Assembly (NCBI RefSeq): GCF_009914755.1
Contig: NC_060935.1
Direction: 5' to 3' (one strand)
From: the human T2T-CHM13v2.0 reference genome, Homo sapiens
Length of the DNA: 64,000 nt
The position numbers and the translations under genes are program-made. The notes beneath the pieces were generated by a model, which was given only the letters and a program-made list of their open reading frames with translations, made no database searches and was not told where the DNA came from. Below are positions 1-11,800 of this stretch, piece after piece (positions within the stretch are counted from its first letter, which is position 1; each line of letters opens with the position of its first letter).

Positions 1-524
1 GCCCTCGACCTTGCTGCTACTGGGAGGCTCATTCTCATGGAGACAGGGAGAACCTCTGTCCCCTCCCCAGTCAAAAGTCATCTGTGTCCTTTCTGTTTTT
101 TAGAACCAGGACTGTCTGACAGCAGTGATGACCCTGGGGGCTTGTGTCATCATTCAATTCCCATGGTGGGGGAGCAGGTGGGAGCAGAGATACCTGAAGC
201 ACCCAGAAGTGAGTGGGTTTGCCCAAGAGCTGAGTGTTCATTAGACTGAAAACAGCAAACAGGTTGATACCAGAGGAGAAGAACCAAGCGACATGCTGGA
301 AGCCCAAAGTAACAGCCTCAGAGTTTAAGAACAGGGGCAGAAAACAGTGCAAAGCAGATCCCAGAGATAGGGCCAGAGGAAGTGCACTGGACTGGTCTCT
401 GGTGTCCAAGCAAAGTGCCAAGCCAGGTGTCCCCTGCACGACAAGAGGACAATTGGATGGCTTCTTAATGTCCCAATATCAGGCCACTGGCAGCATTTAC
501 AAGTTATTATAACAACAACATTCC

Positions 525-748
525 TTCTTTGAATGCTTGCTCACGGCCAGACACTGTGTAAGGGCTTTAGAATACTATTAAAACTCATCTGCATGGCAAT
601 TGATGTGAAGGCTCTTTTCTCCATCTTGTAGGTGAGGTAACGGGCTTCCTAAGAGAACTTATGGGACTTGTCCAAGCTGTACTGTATAAATGGCCGATGT
701 AAGGTTTAACCCAGGTCTGGCCCCAAATCCAATGCTCTTAATTACTGA
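525..748 (-). mobile_element. MIR SINE relic
   Basis: Antisense MIR-like text: 'ccagacactgtgtaagggcttta...ccatcttgtaggtgaggtaacgggc...gacttgtccaag...tttaacccaggtctgg'. Boundaries approximate. Confidence 0.75.
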
Positions 749-2104
749 ACTTTGCTGTCCCCACACAACTCCAAAGGGATAGCATGCGAGTGGATACCCA
801 GTCATCATTTGGGCAGTGCTCAGTGGCCCTGAAGTGAGGTGGGCTGGAGACAGGACTGCACTCCCAGGAGAAGGGCTCCGGGTAACCTGAGGTGACAGGA
901 GCAGCAAGCAGGCTGGATGAACCAAATGAAATCCTTGGGCGTAGTTTCAGTGCATCCATTCTGGGAGCGTCAGCAGCACTGATTCAGCCAGAGCTTCAAC
1001 TTCTTAGGGAAATTTCTTGCCAGCTCAGCTGTTAAGACTCAAATTCCTCACCTCCTCCCAGCCCCCACCGCAGGGTTCTCTGCTCGCTGCTCTCATCTTC
1101 CCCATGTCACTCACTCATCGCAGAACCAGAAGGCTCAGCCAGCACTGAAAGGTCCCTGGGGAAAGGGGGGCCCTCCTGGGGGGCCCAGATCTGTAACAAA
1201 TGACTTCCCGCAGAGACAAGCTGTGCTGTGCTCAGAGGCCCTGCTGGGGAGGGACGAAGCCTCCCGTGGGCCTGCTTGGTCTATCTGCTGCTGACAGTCC
1301 ATGGAGCTGAGCTGGGGGAGATGGAAGGGGGGCACACCCTGGCTCCCCACTGGGTTTAGGACCCAGCCTGCTGAGATTCGTCCCATCTGACAACCCTGCA
1401 CGGAGATGCATGGATTCCCTGCCTAACAAGACTATCTACTGGTGAGCTGAGCTGGGTAGTTCCCAGCTCAAATGAGCCAAGGCTTGAGATTTGCTCCCCG
1501 AAAGGGTCACTGATAAAGAAAACCCCAACTCTGTTGCCTTCAGTGTGTCTTTCACCAGGTAGATAGGTTCTGTCAGTCACATGGAGGAAGCTTGAGAGTG
1601 TGGATGGCTCAGCCCTGCTCATCACAGCCACTGGGAAAATACCCAGAGCGCTAATGTGCCCAGCAGCAGGCACCAGCATGAATGGGAAGGGGGCAGTTCA
1701 TTCACAGCTGAAATGCACTTCCCTGTGTCTAACCTGAATTCCTCCTGCTGCAAGGTAAACCTCCCTTCGTTTCTGATTTTATTAGAGAAACAGTTCTTGT
1801 GTTATGCTCTGGGTAAGAACTACTCAGTTGTTGGAAGCCCATCCCACAGCCTCACCTGCTGGAAATCAGTCACCTCTTCTTTTCCTCCCTTTATACAAAT
1901 AGAGCACTTTTGCCCCTGGTTGGATAATGATGTTCCTCATAACAGGTTAAGTCAATGGTTAAGTCAGTGATGAGGGGTAGGAAACTATTTTTATTGGGCA
2001 TCCACTACGCACTCACCCCACTTAATCCTATTTAACTTAGTATTTGTCAAAGGATCAGAGGAACAGCTCTGACTATGGGAGGCAGAATTACTGGGCTCTG
2101 CTAA

Positions 2105-2230
2105 AAAATGTGGTAGAGCATGCTGGGCCTTCAGGCCTAGACTGGAGTCCTCGCACTGCTACTAACTGAGAAGCTTTGAGCATGTAACTTCACCTCTCTG
2201 AGACTCAATGTCCTCGTCTGCAAAATGGCT
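2105..2230 (+). mobile_element. MIR SINE fragment
   Basis: MIR core 'taacttcacctctctgagactcaatgtcctcgtctgcaaaatgg'. Confidence 0.7.
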
Positions 2231-2517
2231 TTGAGCAGCAGCTATAGCCTTTTAACCTAAGATCCACGAAGTCTAGCCCAGGGCCTGGAAATCACACATG
2301 CTCAGTAATGACTTGTTTAGTAAACAGGGCAGTGCTTGAATGATTCTGGTACAGATCATTCAAATAACATATTTAAAATGCCTTACAAAGCTTGGCATAT
2401 AATAGGTCTTTCAAAAAAAAAAAAAAAAGCTAGTTTCTTTTGTCCTGCAGTAGTGATGAAAGCCAAACAACCACGACCTGAAATTTCCTCTCTCCTATTC
2501 ACCTCCCCAACACAAAT

Positions 2518-2531
2518 ACACACACACACCC

Positions 2532-2572
<41 letters not shown>
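2518..2572. repeat. (AC)n microsatellite: (AC)6, interruption, (AC)19
   Basis: Read directly; the uninterrupted run is 2535-2572. Confidence 0.97.
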
Positions 2573-2573
<1 letters not shown>

Positions 2574-3419
2574 ATAGTTCAAAGTTGACCTTTCGGGGCT
2601 GTTTCCTCCTCCTTCCCCACCACTGCTTGCTCCCTCTCTCTACCTGGTCTCCTTGCCAGCCCTGGCCTGCCACACTCCCCAAGCTGCAGTCCCCCAGGTC
2701 CCCTCTCCCTGGCCCCTGCCTCCCCACAATGCTGGGCTCAGAGCAGATGTGCAGCAGCCTGCCATCATCTCTGATGCTGCCCTTCCCTGCCAATCTCCGG
2801 CCACGTCTGGCAGCTGGAATTGCAATTCTCCTTGTTTACAATGCATTGTAATTGCAGACACAGGCTATGCTGTCATTTGTAATTTTCTCTTGTCCTGTTC
2901 TCCCTGCACACTCCCTTGCCTAAGTGTCAAGCAGTTGCCCTTGTGAGTGGTACTATTGGCAGGAAATGTGCTCCAACATGCAGCAAAAAGCAAACTATTA
3001 TTTATTTCTCATTCTCTCCCTCTCCACTCAATAGATGAAATAGGCAAAGAGCAGTCCTGTCCCTCCTGCAGCCCCCACCCATCCCTACACCTCTCCTTCC
3101 CCAGTGCCATTAGTTCCTCTAATTGCTAGGTCTCCTCTTTCAGTTTGGATTTTGCTTCAGGATGTCTGGAGATTACAGGGAGAATTGCCTTCCCTGCTAC
3201 AGTTGTCTTTCAACAAGTGAGGGAGCAATTGCCTGGCTTAGCTCTCAGCAGGTGGGGTACGAGCATCTTCTGGAGACAGGCTGCTGGCTGGGACTTCCCA
3301 ACCCATCGTGTCAGGCAGGGGACTGAGCCTCACCAGGGTCCATGGGCTCAAGGCAACTCTGCCTGTGGATCTCAAACAAGCCAAGTGTAAAGGCTCCCCT
3401 GCCCCGCCCCCCTGCCATA

Positions 3420-3610
3420 GCATGCACTGTTCTAAGTGGATGACACGTTACCCCATTTATTCCCCATTAGAGCTTTGTAAAAGCCATTATTACCTCTGCT
3501 TCATAGATGAGAAAACTGAACCCAAGTACCTAGTCAAAGGTCATTCAGCTGATAGTACGTGGGCAAAGCTGAGATTTAAAATTCACTCAATCTAGTTCTA
3601 AAACCTCTTG
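3420..3610 (-). mobile_element. MIR SINE relic
   Basis: 'tcatagatgagaaaactgaaccc...aaggtcattcagctgatagt...gctgagatttaaa' is the antisense MIR core. Confidence 0.75.
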
Positions 3611-3714
3611 TATTTTGTTGTATTTTCTTTTGCGCCACATTCTGTGGCCTCACGAGGATCATGTTTGTCTGTGTCTCTGGACATATCAGTTTCTGCACTT
3701 GGCAGGTTGCTTTA

Positions 3715-3858
3715 TGATTATCTGTTTGTCTGTCTTCTGTCTGCTACTAGACTGTAAGCACTCTGAAAGCAAGGCCTGTATTTCATTTTATTTCCCCCTT
3801 GTGGTGCCTGCATGGTGCCCAGTGGATCTTTTACATGGATTTGTTAGGATGAATGCAT
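3715..3858 (+). mobile_element. L2 LINE 3' end
   Basis: 'ctactagactgtaagcactctgaaagcaagg...tttgttaggatgaatg' matches the L2 3' terminus. Confidence 0.7.
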
Positions 3859-4206
3859 TCAGAGGCAATATTTGGTCAGGTTGCTGCCCAGAGATTGCTA
3901 AATTCTGTGCACCAGCCTTATATAGTCTTGTTTCTGAGGAACATGGATGATTGTTTGCCTCTAAATGCATAAGGATGGTTGTTCTAGACAAAGTTAGAAG
4001 TCAGGAAAACTCAGTATGTATCTCATGACAATTGGATTCAAGGAAAGTAATACACACTAATAGGTCTAATTCATTTGTCATTTGTAATAATTTGGCACTG
4101 GGGAGGACCTGGGAAAGAATTTATGCTAAGTCCTGTAGATTTTTTGAAATCCAATACAACTGTCCTGTACCAAGAACTGAGTGCTTGCATTAGTTGAGTA
4201 TATTAG

Positions 4207-4581
<375 letters not shown>

Positions 4582-4779
4582 AAAGTTTACTAATTTAATA
4601 TTGGTAACAATTCTCCTTCTGATGAAAATATTGCAACATCTTGCAGGGAGGTAGAAGGAAGGAAATGAGCTCTGGCTTGTTCACCTGCATTGAGACCTAG
4701 AGAAGTTGACAGGGAGGACAGGAGAGTAGGGCGCCATGTACTCTAAATATTGCAGTAATTTCTCCTCTCTTCCTCACAT

Positions 4780-4945
4780 CCCTACTCAGCCACTCAGTAG
4801 CCATGTGTCTTTAAGCCACTTGCTCAATCTCTCTGGGCTCTGTTCTCTTACTTATAAAACTGGTCTAAAGATCCATCTGCTTCATAATATTTTGTTGGCT
4901 TAAGTCATATAATGTATGCAGAATGCTTAGCCCAGTGTCTAATGC
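4780..4945 (+). mobile_element. MIR SINE relic
   Basis: 'gccactcagtagccatgtgtcttt...ctctctgggctctgttctcttacttataaaac...aatgtatgcagaatgcttagcccagtgtct'. Confidence 0.7.
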
Positions 4946-6177
4946 ACCTGCGTCTTTAATTAAGGGGGAATTCCACATCATAGCTGTTTTGCCATTTGGG
5001 GAGGAAAGGCAGTGACTTGAAGGAGGTGGGATGGCTGTAGCTGAGTCTCAGCATGGGGCTTGCTGCTCTGTCTAGGGCTCATCCAGCCACAGCAAAATCC
5101 TAGGCGTGGTCCACCAGTGAATCACCTGCTGGTGTCTCTACCCTCCCTCCACATCACCATGCGCCTCCACCAGCTGAAGGCAACAGAAAGCTTTGATGAG
5201 ATCCAATTAGGAATAAAGACTGTACATTCAAGAGGGCTGAGCAGTTCACACGGAGGGGAAAAAAGACCCTGAAATTACTGCAAGTGCTCAGCTTATGTGT
5301 CCTCACAAGCTAAATAGTGAAGAAAGATGTGTCATTTAGTAGGACTGACTCCTGGTGGAGGTTTGCCTCTCATCAGCTGAGAAACTATTATTTTGCAAAT
5401 GACATCTCCATCCCAAGCAATTGTGTTTCCCCCTTATTCTAAAACACACATAAATAAATGATATTTAGAGAGCTGCTGACTGTGGAGAAGGCTTGCCTGA
5501 GATGAAAGAAAGGAAGCTTGTATTTGCCGGAACGGACTCTTCACAAACCTCTGGGATGGGCTGTGTACAGATGAAGGTTTTGGGCTGACAGTGAAGGCAT
5601 ATCAAGCTTCTGTGCCTCCTATTGGGAACTACTGAGGACTTTGGAAAATTAGAGGGATTTGCAGGAAGGCAAGAGTAGCCCAGGAAGACCTCAAAAGCAA
5701 ACCTTAAATACTTCAGAGCAGATTCAGGGACAGCTAGACAGAGAATGGTTTACTTCTGTTGAACAAAAAGCAGTAGAAAGAAGCCAGGGGTTCTTGTCAA
5801 CAGGACATAAAATACGGGAGCCCATGCCTGGATTGATTGACATGCTTTGTTTAGGAGCTAGGTCCTATTGCAGTCACCATCTGCATGGCAGGCTGGAAGA
5901 ATGCCCTGAGTCCTCATCAACATTTGCTAACAGTGTGACCGGGACAGTGTTTTTCTTGTTTGTAACATGAAGCTAATACCTCCCTTGTGGCTGAACCTAC
6001 CTCACGGTATTTAGCTGGAAGACATTCTATTAAACTCCGAGGTGCTGTTGACCTGACTTTTCATTCCCCCTTGATGATAGGAAACCTTGATCTGGATGCC
6101 TTCTAGTATCTTCAGTTCGATCTAATGTCTGTCTTCCTTTTGTTGTCAAATTCAAGATTATTATTTAAGTGAGAGTC

Positions 6178-6385
6178 TAGGGATCAGCAAATATATTTAG
6201 TAAAGAGTAAGACAGTGAATATTTTAGGCTTTGGGGACCATAAGGTCTCCACTGCAAATACCAGACTCTGGCATCACGGCATCGTAGGTAAACAAATGGC
6301 AGTGGCTGTGCTCCAGTCAAATGTCATTTACAAAAGCAGGTGGCCGGCGGAATCTGGCCCAAGGCCCATGGTCTGCAGACCCCTG
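6178..6385 (-). mobile_element. MER58A-like hAT-Charlie MITE
   Basis: TIR-like ends 'tagggatcagcaaa' and 'tctgcagacccctg'; internal 'gtgaatattttaggctttggggacca' is typical of MER58A. Confidence 0.85.
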
Positions 6386-6655
6386 ACATACTCCATCTGG
6401 GTTTTCCTCCTCTGCCGACCTCCTCATGCCATCCCCTCTCTAGCCTTCCTTTCTGCTGAGCTAGGCAGGCAGTGGGGACAGCATTCATTTAGGGTTCGGG
6501 TAAATCTGCGGGAGCAGAAAGCATGTCTAAGGACACCATGGAGGCCCAAGCCCTCGAAGGTCTTCTACCTGTGTCCCTGTCTGGAGCCCTGTACTCCAAC
6601 AGACATCCCTGGGGCTGGAACTCAGACTGATTCTCCCAGTTAATGTGATACTCAG

Positions 6656-7092
6656 TGTATTAGTCAGGGTTCTCTAGAGGGACAGAACTAATGGAATATA
6701 TATACGTATATGAGTTTATTAAGTATTAACTCACACGATCACAAGGTCCCACAATAGGCCATCTGCAGGCTGAGGAGCAAAGAGAGCCAGGCCAAGCTCC
6801 AAAACTGAAGAACTTGGGTCTGATGTTCCAGGGCAGGAAGCATCCAGCACAGGAGAAAGATGGAGGCTGGGAGGCTATCAGGATCTCTTTTCACATTTTC
6901 CTGCCTGCTTGTATTCTAGCTTTGCTGGCAGCTGATTAGATGGTGCCCATCCAGATTAAGGGAGGGTCTGCCTTTCCCAGCCCACTGACTCAAATGTTAA
7001 TCTCCTTTGGCAACGCCCTCACACACACACCCAGGATCAATACTTTGTATCCTTTAATCCAATCAAGTTGACACTCAGCATTAACCATCACA
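6656..7092 (-). mobile_element. MLT2A1/MLT2A2 solo LTR (HERV-L), 437 bp, perfect 5-bp TSD
   Basis: TG...CA termini. The minus strand starts 'tgtgatggttaatgctgagtgtcaacttgattggatt', the MLT2A 5' end. CTCAG is duplicated at 6651-6655 and 7093-7097. Confidence 0.95.
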
Positions 7093-8567
7093 CTCAGGTT
7101 GGGCCCTTAGGAAACTTAGGGGCCCCTTTAATGCCACGTGGGAGGTTCAAGCTGTCTGTGGCACTTGCTCTGTCTTCCTCTGTCTACCCCTTTGTGTCTG
7201 CTTCTGTCTCTCTGTCTCTCTCTGTCTCTCCTCCCCTTTCCCCCTCACCCTGCCTCCACTTGCGCTGCTTTCCCCACCACTTTGGCGGGGAAGCACCTGC
7301 AGAGGCTGCACTCAGCAAATTCCAGCTGGGAAACACAATTCCAGCTTCCCACCTCCCCTGTCCACTTCAGCTTCCGCATTCTGGGCCAAGGTCCTCTTTT
7401 ATCCTACCCGGACATATCAAGGCCTAAGGCGCACAAGTTCCTGTTCCTATTTCTGCTGCACTGCACTGCCCTCTACCCTTACCCCTGGGAAGGAGGGACC
7501 TTTGAGGGCAATGGTCCTGTCCCTGAGCTTTGTGCTCAGTGTCTCCACAGAAATCACCCCTTTTCAGGTGCCCCAGAGTGAGGAGGAGGCAAAAGCAAAT
7601 GGAGAGAACATTCAATTAAAATCTTCAATTTCCTACCGTCGGTCTGTGGATCAAGGGAGTGCACATCTCCCAGCACCAAGCAGCTCCTTGTTATCTTTAT
7701 TATCTTTGTTAAGCCTTATTAGCTTTAGGAAAAGTTCACCCAGAAGAATTCACAGAGTCCTTTTTGCCCAGGGTGAAAAGAAGTCCATCAGGAGTCCATA
7801 GCCCATTAGAAAATCCCAAAGAGAGACCAGCCACAAAACTGGAAACGTGGCCAGTCTGAGTGGCCCAGGCCCCAGGGACAGGAGCCACAGGCCTCCAGCC
7901 CTTACGCTGGGATCCAATTGGCTCTGCTCCTTCAGGCTCCATGGAGGAGCAGGGCAAGGGGTCCCCTGGGGACTGAGCTCAGACCCTGCCCTTTCCAGGC
8001 TGGAAGGGGAGGATACAAGGGAGCAGACACCAGTGTATGGGGACACAACTCACAGTTTATCAGAGGTGGGAGAATTCCCCCTGACAATCACTTTTGCAAG
8101 AGATGCCTCAAGGGAATATTAAGGCTGGGTCACATTTTCAGAATTTCAGAAACTTTTCCAGAACTGTTTTATCTTCTAGTTGTGGTGCCAGATGGTAATG
8201 TTCTGGTAAATTTCCGTGTTCCCAAGTGGAAGGGTTTGGAAATGATAAACAAAACAAGGTAACAACAACAAATCCCTTGTACTACACGCTTGTCTTTCTA
8301 CACTGTCCTTGTTATGTAGATTCTGTTAGTCAGGATTCTGTGTGGCTTTAACAAAACAAAGGTCTATTGCTCCCACACTGCACAGAGGGAGCACAGGTCA
8401 CTGTGTGTGTCACATGTGTGCACTCGGGGCGGAGAGCTCCCCCCTCCATTAGTCACTGGGGTCCCAGGCTGATGGGAACTCCACCACCTCAAAAGCTGCA
8501 CCATCCGAACACTGGCTTCCACCAGCACTACAGCAGCAAAGAGAACTACTACTCTCTTCTCATTTGT

Positions 8568-8569
8568 TT

Positions 8570-8634
<65 letters not shown>

Positions 8635-8805
8635 TTTCTTTTTTTCTTTCTTTCTTTCTTTCTTCTTTCTTTCTTTCTTTTTCTTTCTTTCTTCTTTCTT
8701 TCTTTCTTCCTTCCTTCCTTCCTTCCTTCCTTCCTTCTTCCTTCCTTCCTTCCTTCCTTCCTTCCTTCCTTCCTTCCTTCCTTCCTTCCTTCCTTCTTTC
8801 CTTTC
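8568..8805. repeat. Compound (CTTT)n/(CCTT)n STR derived from an Alu A-tail
   Basis: About 240 bp of pure pyrimidine abutting the 3' end of the antisense Alu. Confidence 0.97.
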
Positions 8806-9087
8806 AGACAGAGTCTCGCTCTTGTCACCCAGGTAGAGTGCAATGGCACAATCTCAGCTCACTTCAACCTCTGCCTCCCAGGTTCAAGCAACTCTCTTGC
8901 CTCAGCCTCCCCTAGTAGCTGGGATTACAGGCGTGTGCCACCACGCCTGGCTAGTTTTTGTATTTGTAGTAGAGATGGGGTTTCACCTTGTTGGCCAGGC
9001 TGGTCTTGAACTCCTGACCTCAGGTGATGCACCCACCTCAGCCTCCCAAAGTTCTGGGATTACAGGCTTGAGCCACCGCACCTGGCC
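8806..9087 (-). mobile_element. AluS SINE (Sq-like)
   Basis: 'cgctcttgt', 'tgcaatggc' and 'ctcctgacctcaggtgat'. Residual TSD TTCTCATTT near 8557 and 9092. Confidence 0.92.
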
Positions 9088-9123
9088 TGTTTTCTCATTT
9101 TGATGCATCGGCCCGAGTGTGCC

Positions 9124-9258
9124 ATGCCCTGTCTACCCAGTCTCCAGCAGATGCCCTGTCTACCCAGTCTCCGGCAGATGCCCTGTCTACCCAGTCTCCG
9201 GCAGATGCCCTGTCTACCCAGTCTCCGGCAGATGCCCTGTCTACCCAGTCTCCGGCAG
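9124..9258. repeat. Minisatellite, 5 x 27 bp (ATGCCCTGTCTACCCAGTCTCCGGCAG)
   Basis: Units start at 9124, 9151, 9178, 9205 and 9232; only one mismatch (G>A in unit 1). Confidence 0.98.
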
Positions 9259-9439
9259 AGCTAGTCACATGGCCCTGTATAACCCTATATAACCTCAAGG
9301 GGACGGAAGGGAGAATCTGTCGGAGTGCATGGATATTTGATGAGCAGTAAACGGCTCTGCCACATCGATCTCAGCACCTTTTAGACCCTGTTAACAGCTG
9401 CTTTAGAGAGAAACATTTTATTGGCCATATTATTTATGT

Positions 9440-9705
9440 ATCCATTCATTCATTCTAAATAATTATTGAATACCTCTGTGCTAAATATACTTCCAGTCAT
9501 TGAGGTCATAATGGTGAGCAGGAGAGAACCTGCCCCTCCCTCTTATGGCTCACAACAATGAAATATTGTCATGTGACAGATGCTGTGATAGGCAAGGGAC
9601 AGGGCACCCCAGAAGCACAGAAAAAGTTTAAGTGCCTGGAGTATGTCAGGAAAGGCTTCCCAGAGAAGTCAAGTCTGCAGCTGACCCATGAAGAATGGTT
9701 GGGGA
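9440..9705 (-). mobile_element. L2 LINE 3' region
   Basis: 'cattcattcattctaaataattattgaatacc...gtcaggaaaggcttcccagagaag'. Confidence 0.75.
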
Positions 9706-11311
9706 TTTCTCCCAGTCAGACCTAGATCTGTAGCAGAAAATGCAAGTCAGGAATCCTGCCTCCCTGGGCAGAGTTAGACCCTGCGGGTGACTCCCTTCTG
9801 GAGTAAGGACAGTTAAGGAGTAGACAACAATTGTTATAAACAGAGACTACCTTAGGCTGATTGTTTTCCTTGCCTTCTCCAAAAGAGTACACATCACCTC
9901 TCCGAGGCGGCTGACCTCTGGGGTCTGAAGTTGAGCCACGTGGAGGAACTTGCTCAATCGGCTTCTGTTATAGATATGAAATTATTAATAACTGGGATGT
10001 AGCTGTGCATGTTTGGACCCTCCTCCCAGCAGCCCTCTCTGGGGATCTGGGGTGAGGGTTGTAGGGAGACACCTTGCTGTTTAATAAATAATAGAAGAGA
10101 TTCATAAAGTGTCTGGGAAGCACATTCCTCATGCAGAAATGTTACGGAATAACACAGGATGAATAATAGAAAAGGTTATTGAAAAATTCATAATTTCCAA
10201 GTGCCAGTGAAGGGCAGCTCCTGTGCAGTCTATTTGCCTGTAGAAAAGTGATTAAAATATATATTATTGTCCTGTCTATAGGAAAATGTATTATTAAGTG
10301 GATACTAGCATGACATTTGGAAAATCCATTTCATTCCATTTAGCAGCAATGGGCTTTTGGCTGCTGCTTTGTGCAGCAGGTTTCACAAGCATTTTAATAA
10401 GCCTTTTAAAAAACAAAAAGGGGATTTTAATTATGGCCCCTGCCTCCCAGCCATGCTATTGCTTTGCATTTACCGTTCCTCTGCCAAAGAAATTTTAAAA
10501 CATATAATGGGGAATGTAAATATCCTGCCTACGTTTAGCAGGTCCACTGCCAAGAAAGGAACCTGACCGCTGGCCAGGAGGTACTTATGGGCTGCAGGAA
10601 GGCAGAATGGGAGATAGGTTTGCCTGTCCAGACACAACAAGAAGCAAAGCCTCAGTGTAAGAGGCCCATAATCCCTGCCAAGCCTTACGTGTCACTACTC
10701 TTCTGTATAAACATTCACTTTTTTTTTTTCCATATGAAACCAGGAGTTACTTTTGAGGTCTAATGAGAAACAGTTCCTATTTCTGAATAATGAATTGAGT
10801 CAGGATCAGGGATCATCTGATTTGCCCATCTGCTTCTTGGCAAAATGCATCTCCTCAGCTTGAAGATCATATGCCCAGTACTGCTCGGAGCTGGATTCTG
10901 AATAGATTCAGGTTTGGAGTTTGGGATGGGGCACCTCTCCATGCCTTGCTCAGTATTCAAATTCTCCTATAAGTTGGGTAAGGGCCAGGAGGCAGGATGG
11001 GATCTGAGAGGGGTGGGCCACGCCCTTTCAACCTCAACCTCTGATTTGGCTTGGACAGCTCTGTGGTCTGATGGTCTTTCGGGGAGCATACAGATGGACA
11101 GTGGTGGCAGCGAGGTCACCCCAGCAGGTGGTGTAGGAACTGAGGCAGAAGGAGCATGATGGACCAGAGCACCATCACAGTCCCAGTCTCTTCCCTACTA
11201 ACTGCATAAGTTTGGCAGAGTCATCTGACCTCTCTGGGTCTCTCTGCATTTTAATAATGAACAAAACCTCTTTGGGTTTTAATGACAAAAATAGAGCAAT
11301 TTACATCACAT

Positions 11312-11542
11312 CATAGTTTTAAACATTTTGTTTAAGACACTTTTGAATAATTAAATCATTTGTTTTAATGAAATCTCATTTGGACGCAGATAAAATTGTT
11401 TCTCTAGTTGAAGAGGGATTAGGGACTAAAATGCTCCCACCTCAAACCCCCTTCCCTCTCCTTTTTTTTTTTTAAGGCAGCCCCAGGAAGCCTGTAGTTC
11501 TGATTCCACAGGGATTCCTGGAGCACAGTATGAAAACCAATG
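11312..11542 (-). mobile_element. MER102-like hAT-Charlie element
   Basis: 'aatgaaatctcat...cagataaaa...ctctagttgaag' and the terminus 'ggagcacagtatgaaaaccaatg'. Confidence 0.6.
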
Positions 11543-11679
11543 CATTTAATGATACAGAAGTTCCCTTCTGACTACAAGTTTCTCAAATTGAATTGTGGCC
11601 TGTGTCTGACTCATTGGGATGAGAGAGAATGGCTTTTCTGTCCTCATTTTTACTCCTGTTTATTTAGTCATCATATATT

Positions 11680-11800
11680 TATCCATTTATTCAACAAACA
11701 TTTACTGAGAACTGCACATGTGTTGCATTTATTCTAGAATACTGGAGTGAGCACTGTCTGAATATGGATCATGAGCAAGACATACTCCTTGTTCTCTCTG
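11680..11800 (-). mobile_element. L2 3' end fragment
   Basis: 'catttattcaacaaacatttactgag'. Confidence 0.65.

Larger units (their letters stand above)
8325..9364 (-). mobile_element. Old MLT1 (ERVL-MaLR) LTR, interrupted by an Alu plus STR and carrying a VNTR
   Basis: MLT1-like motifs on both sides of the Alu: 'gtcactggggtcccaggctgatgg', 'agctagtcacatggccc', and the terminus 'gatatttgatgagcagtaaacggctctgccaca'. Confidence 0.6.

Noticed and set aside
8364-8915. 161-182-aa ORFs rich in K/E/R or F/L/S
   Set aside because: Translation of the CTTT/CCTT STR plus an Alu; not protein-coding.
9095-9350. ORFs with DALSTQSPA / ASAGDWVDR repeats, and the array as a possible CRISPR
   Set aside because: Head-to-tail 27-bp units with no unique spacers and no cas genes, in primate DNA; the open frames follow from a unit length divisible by 3.
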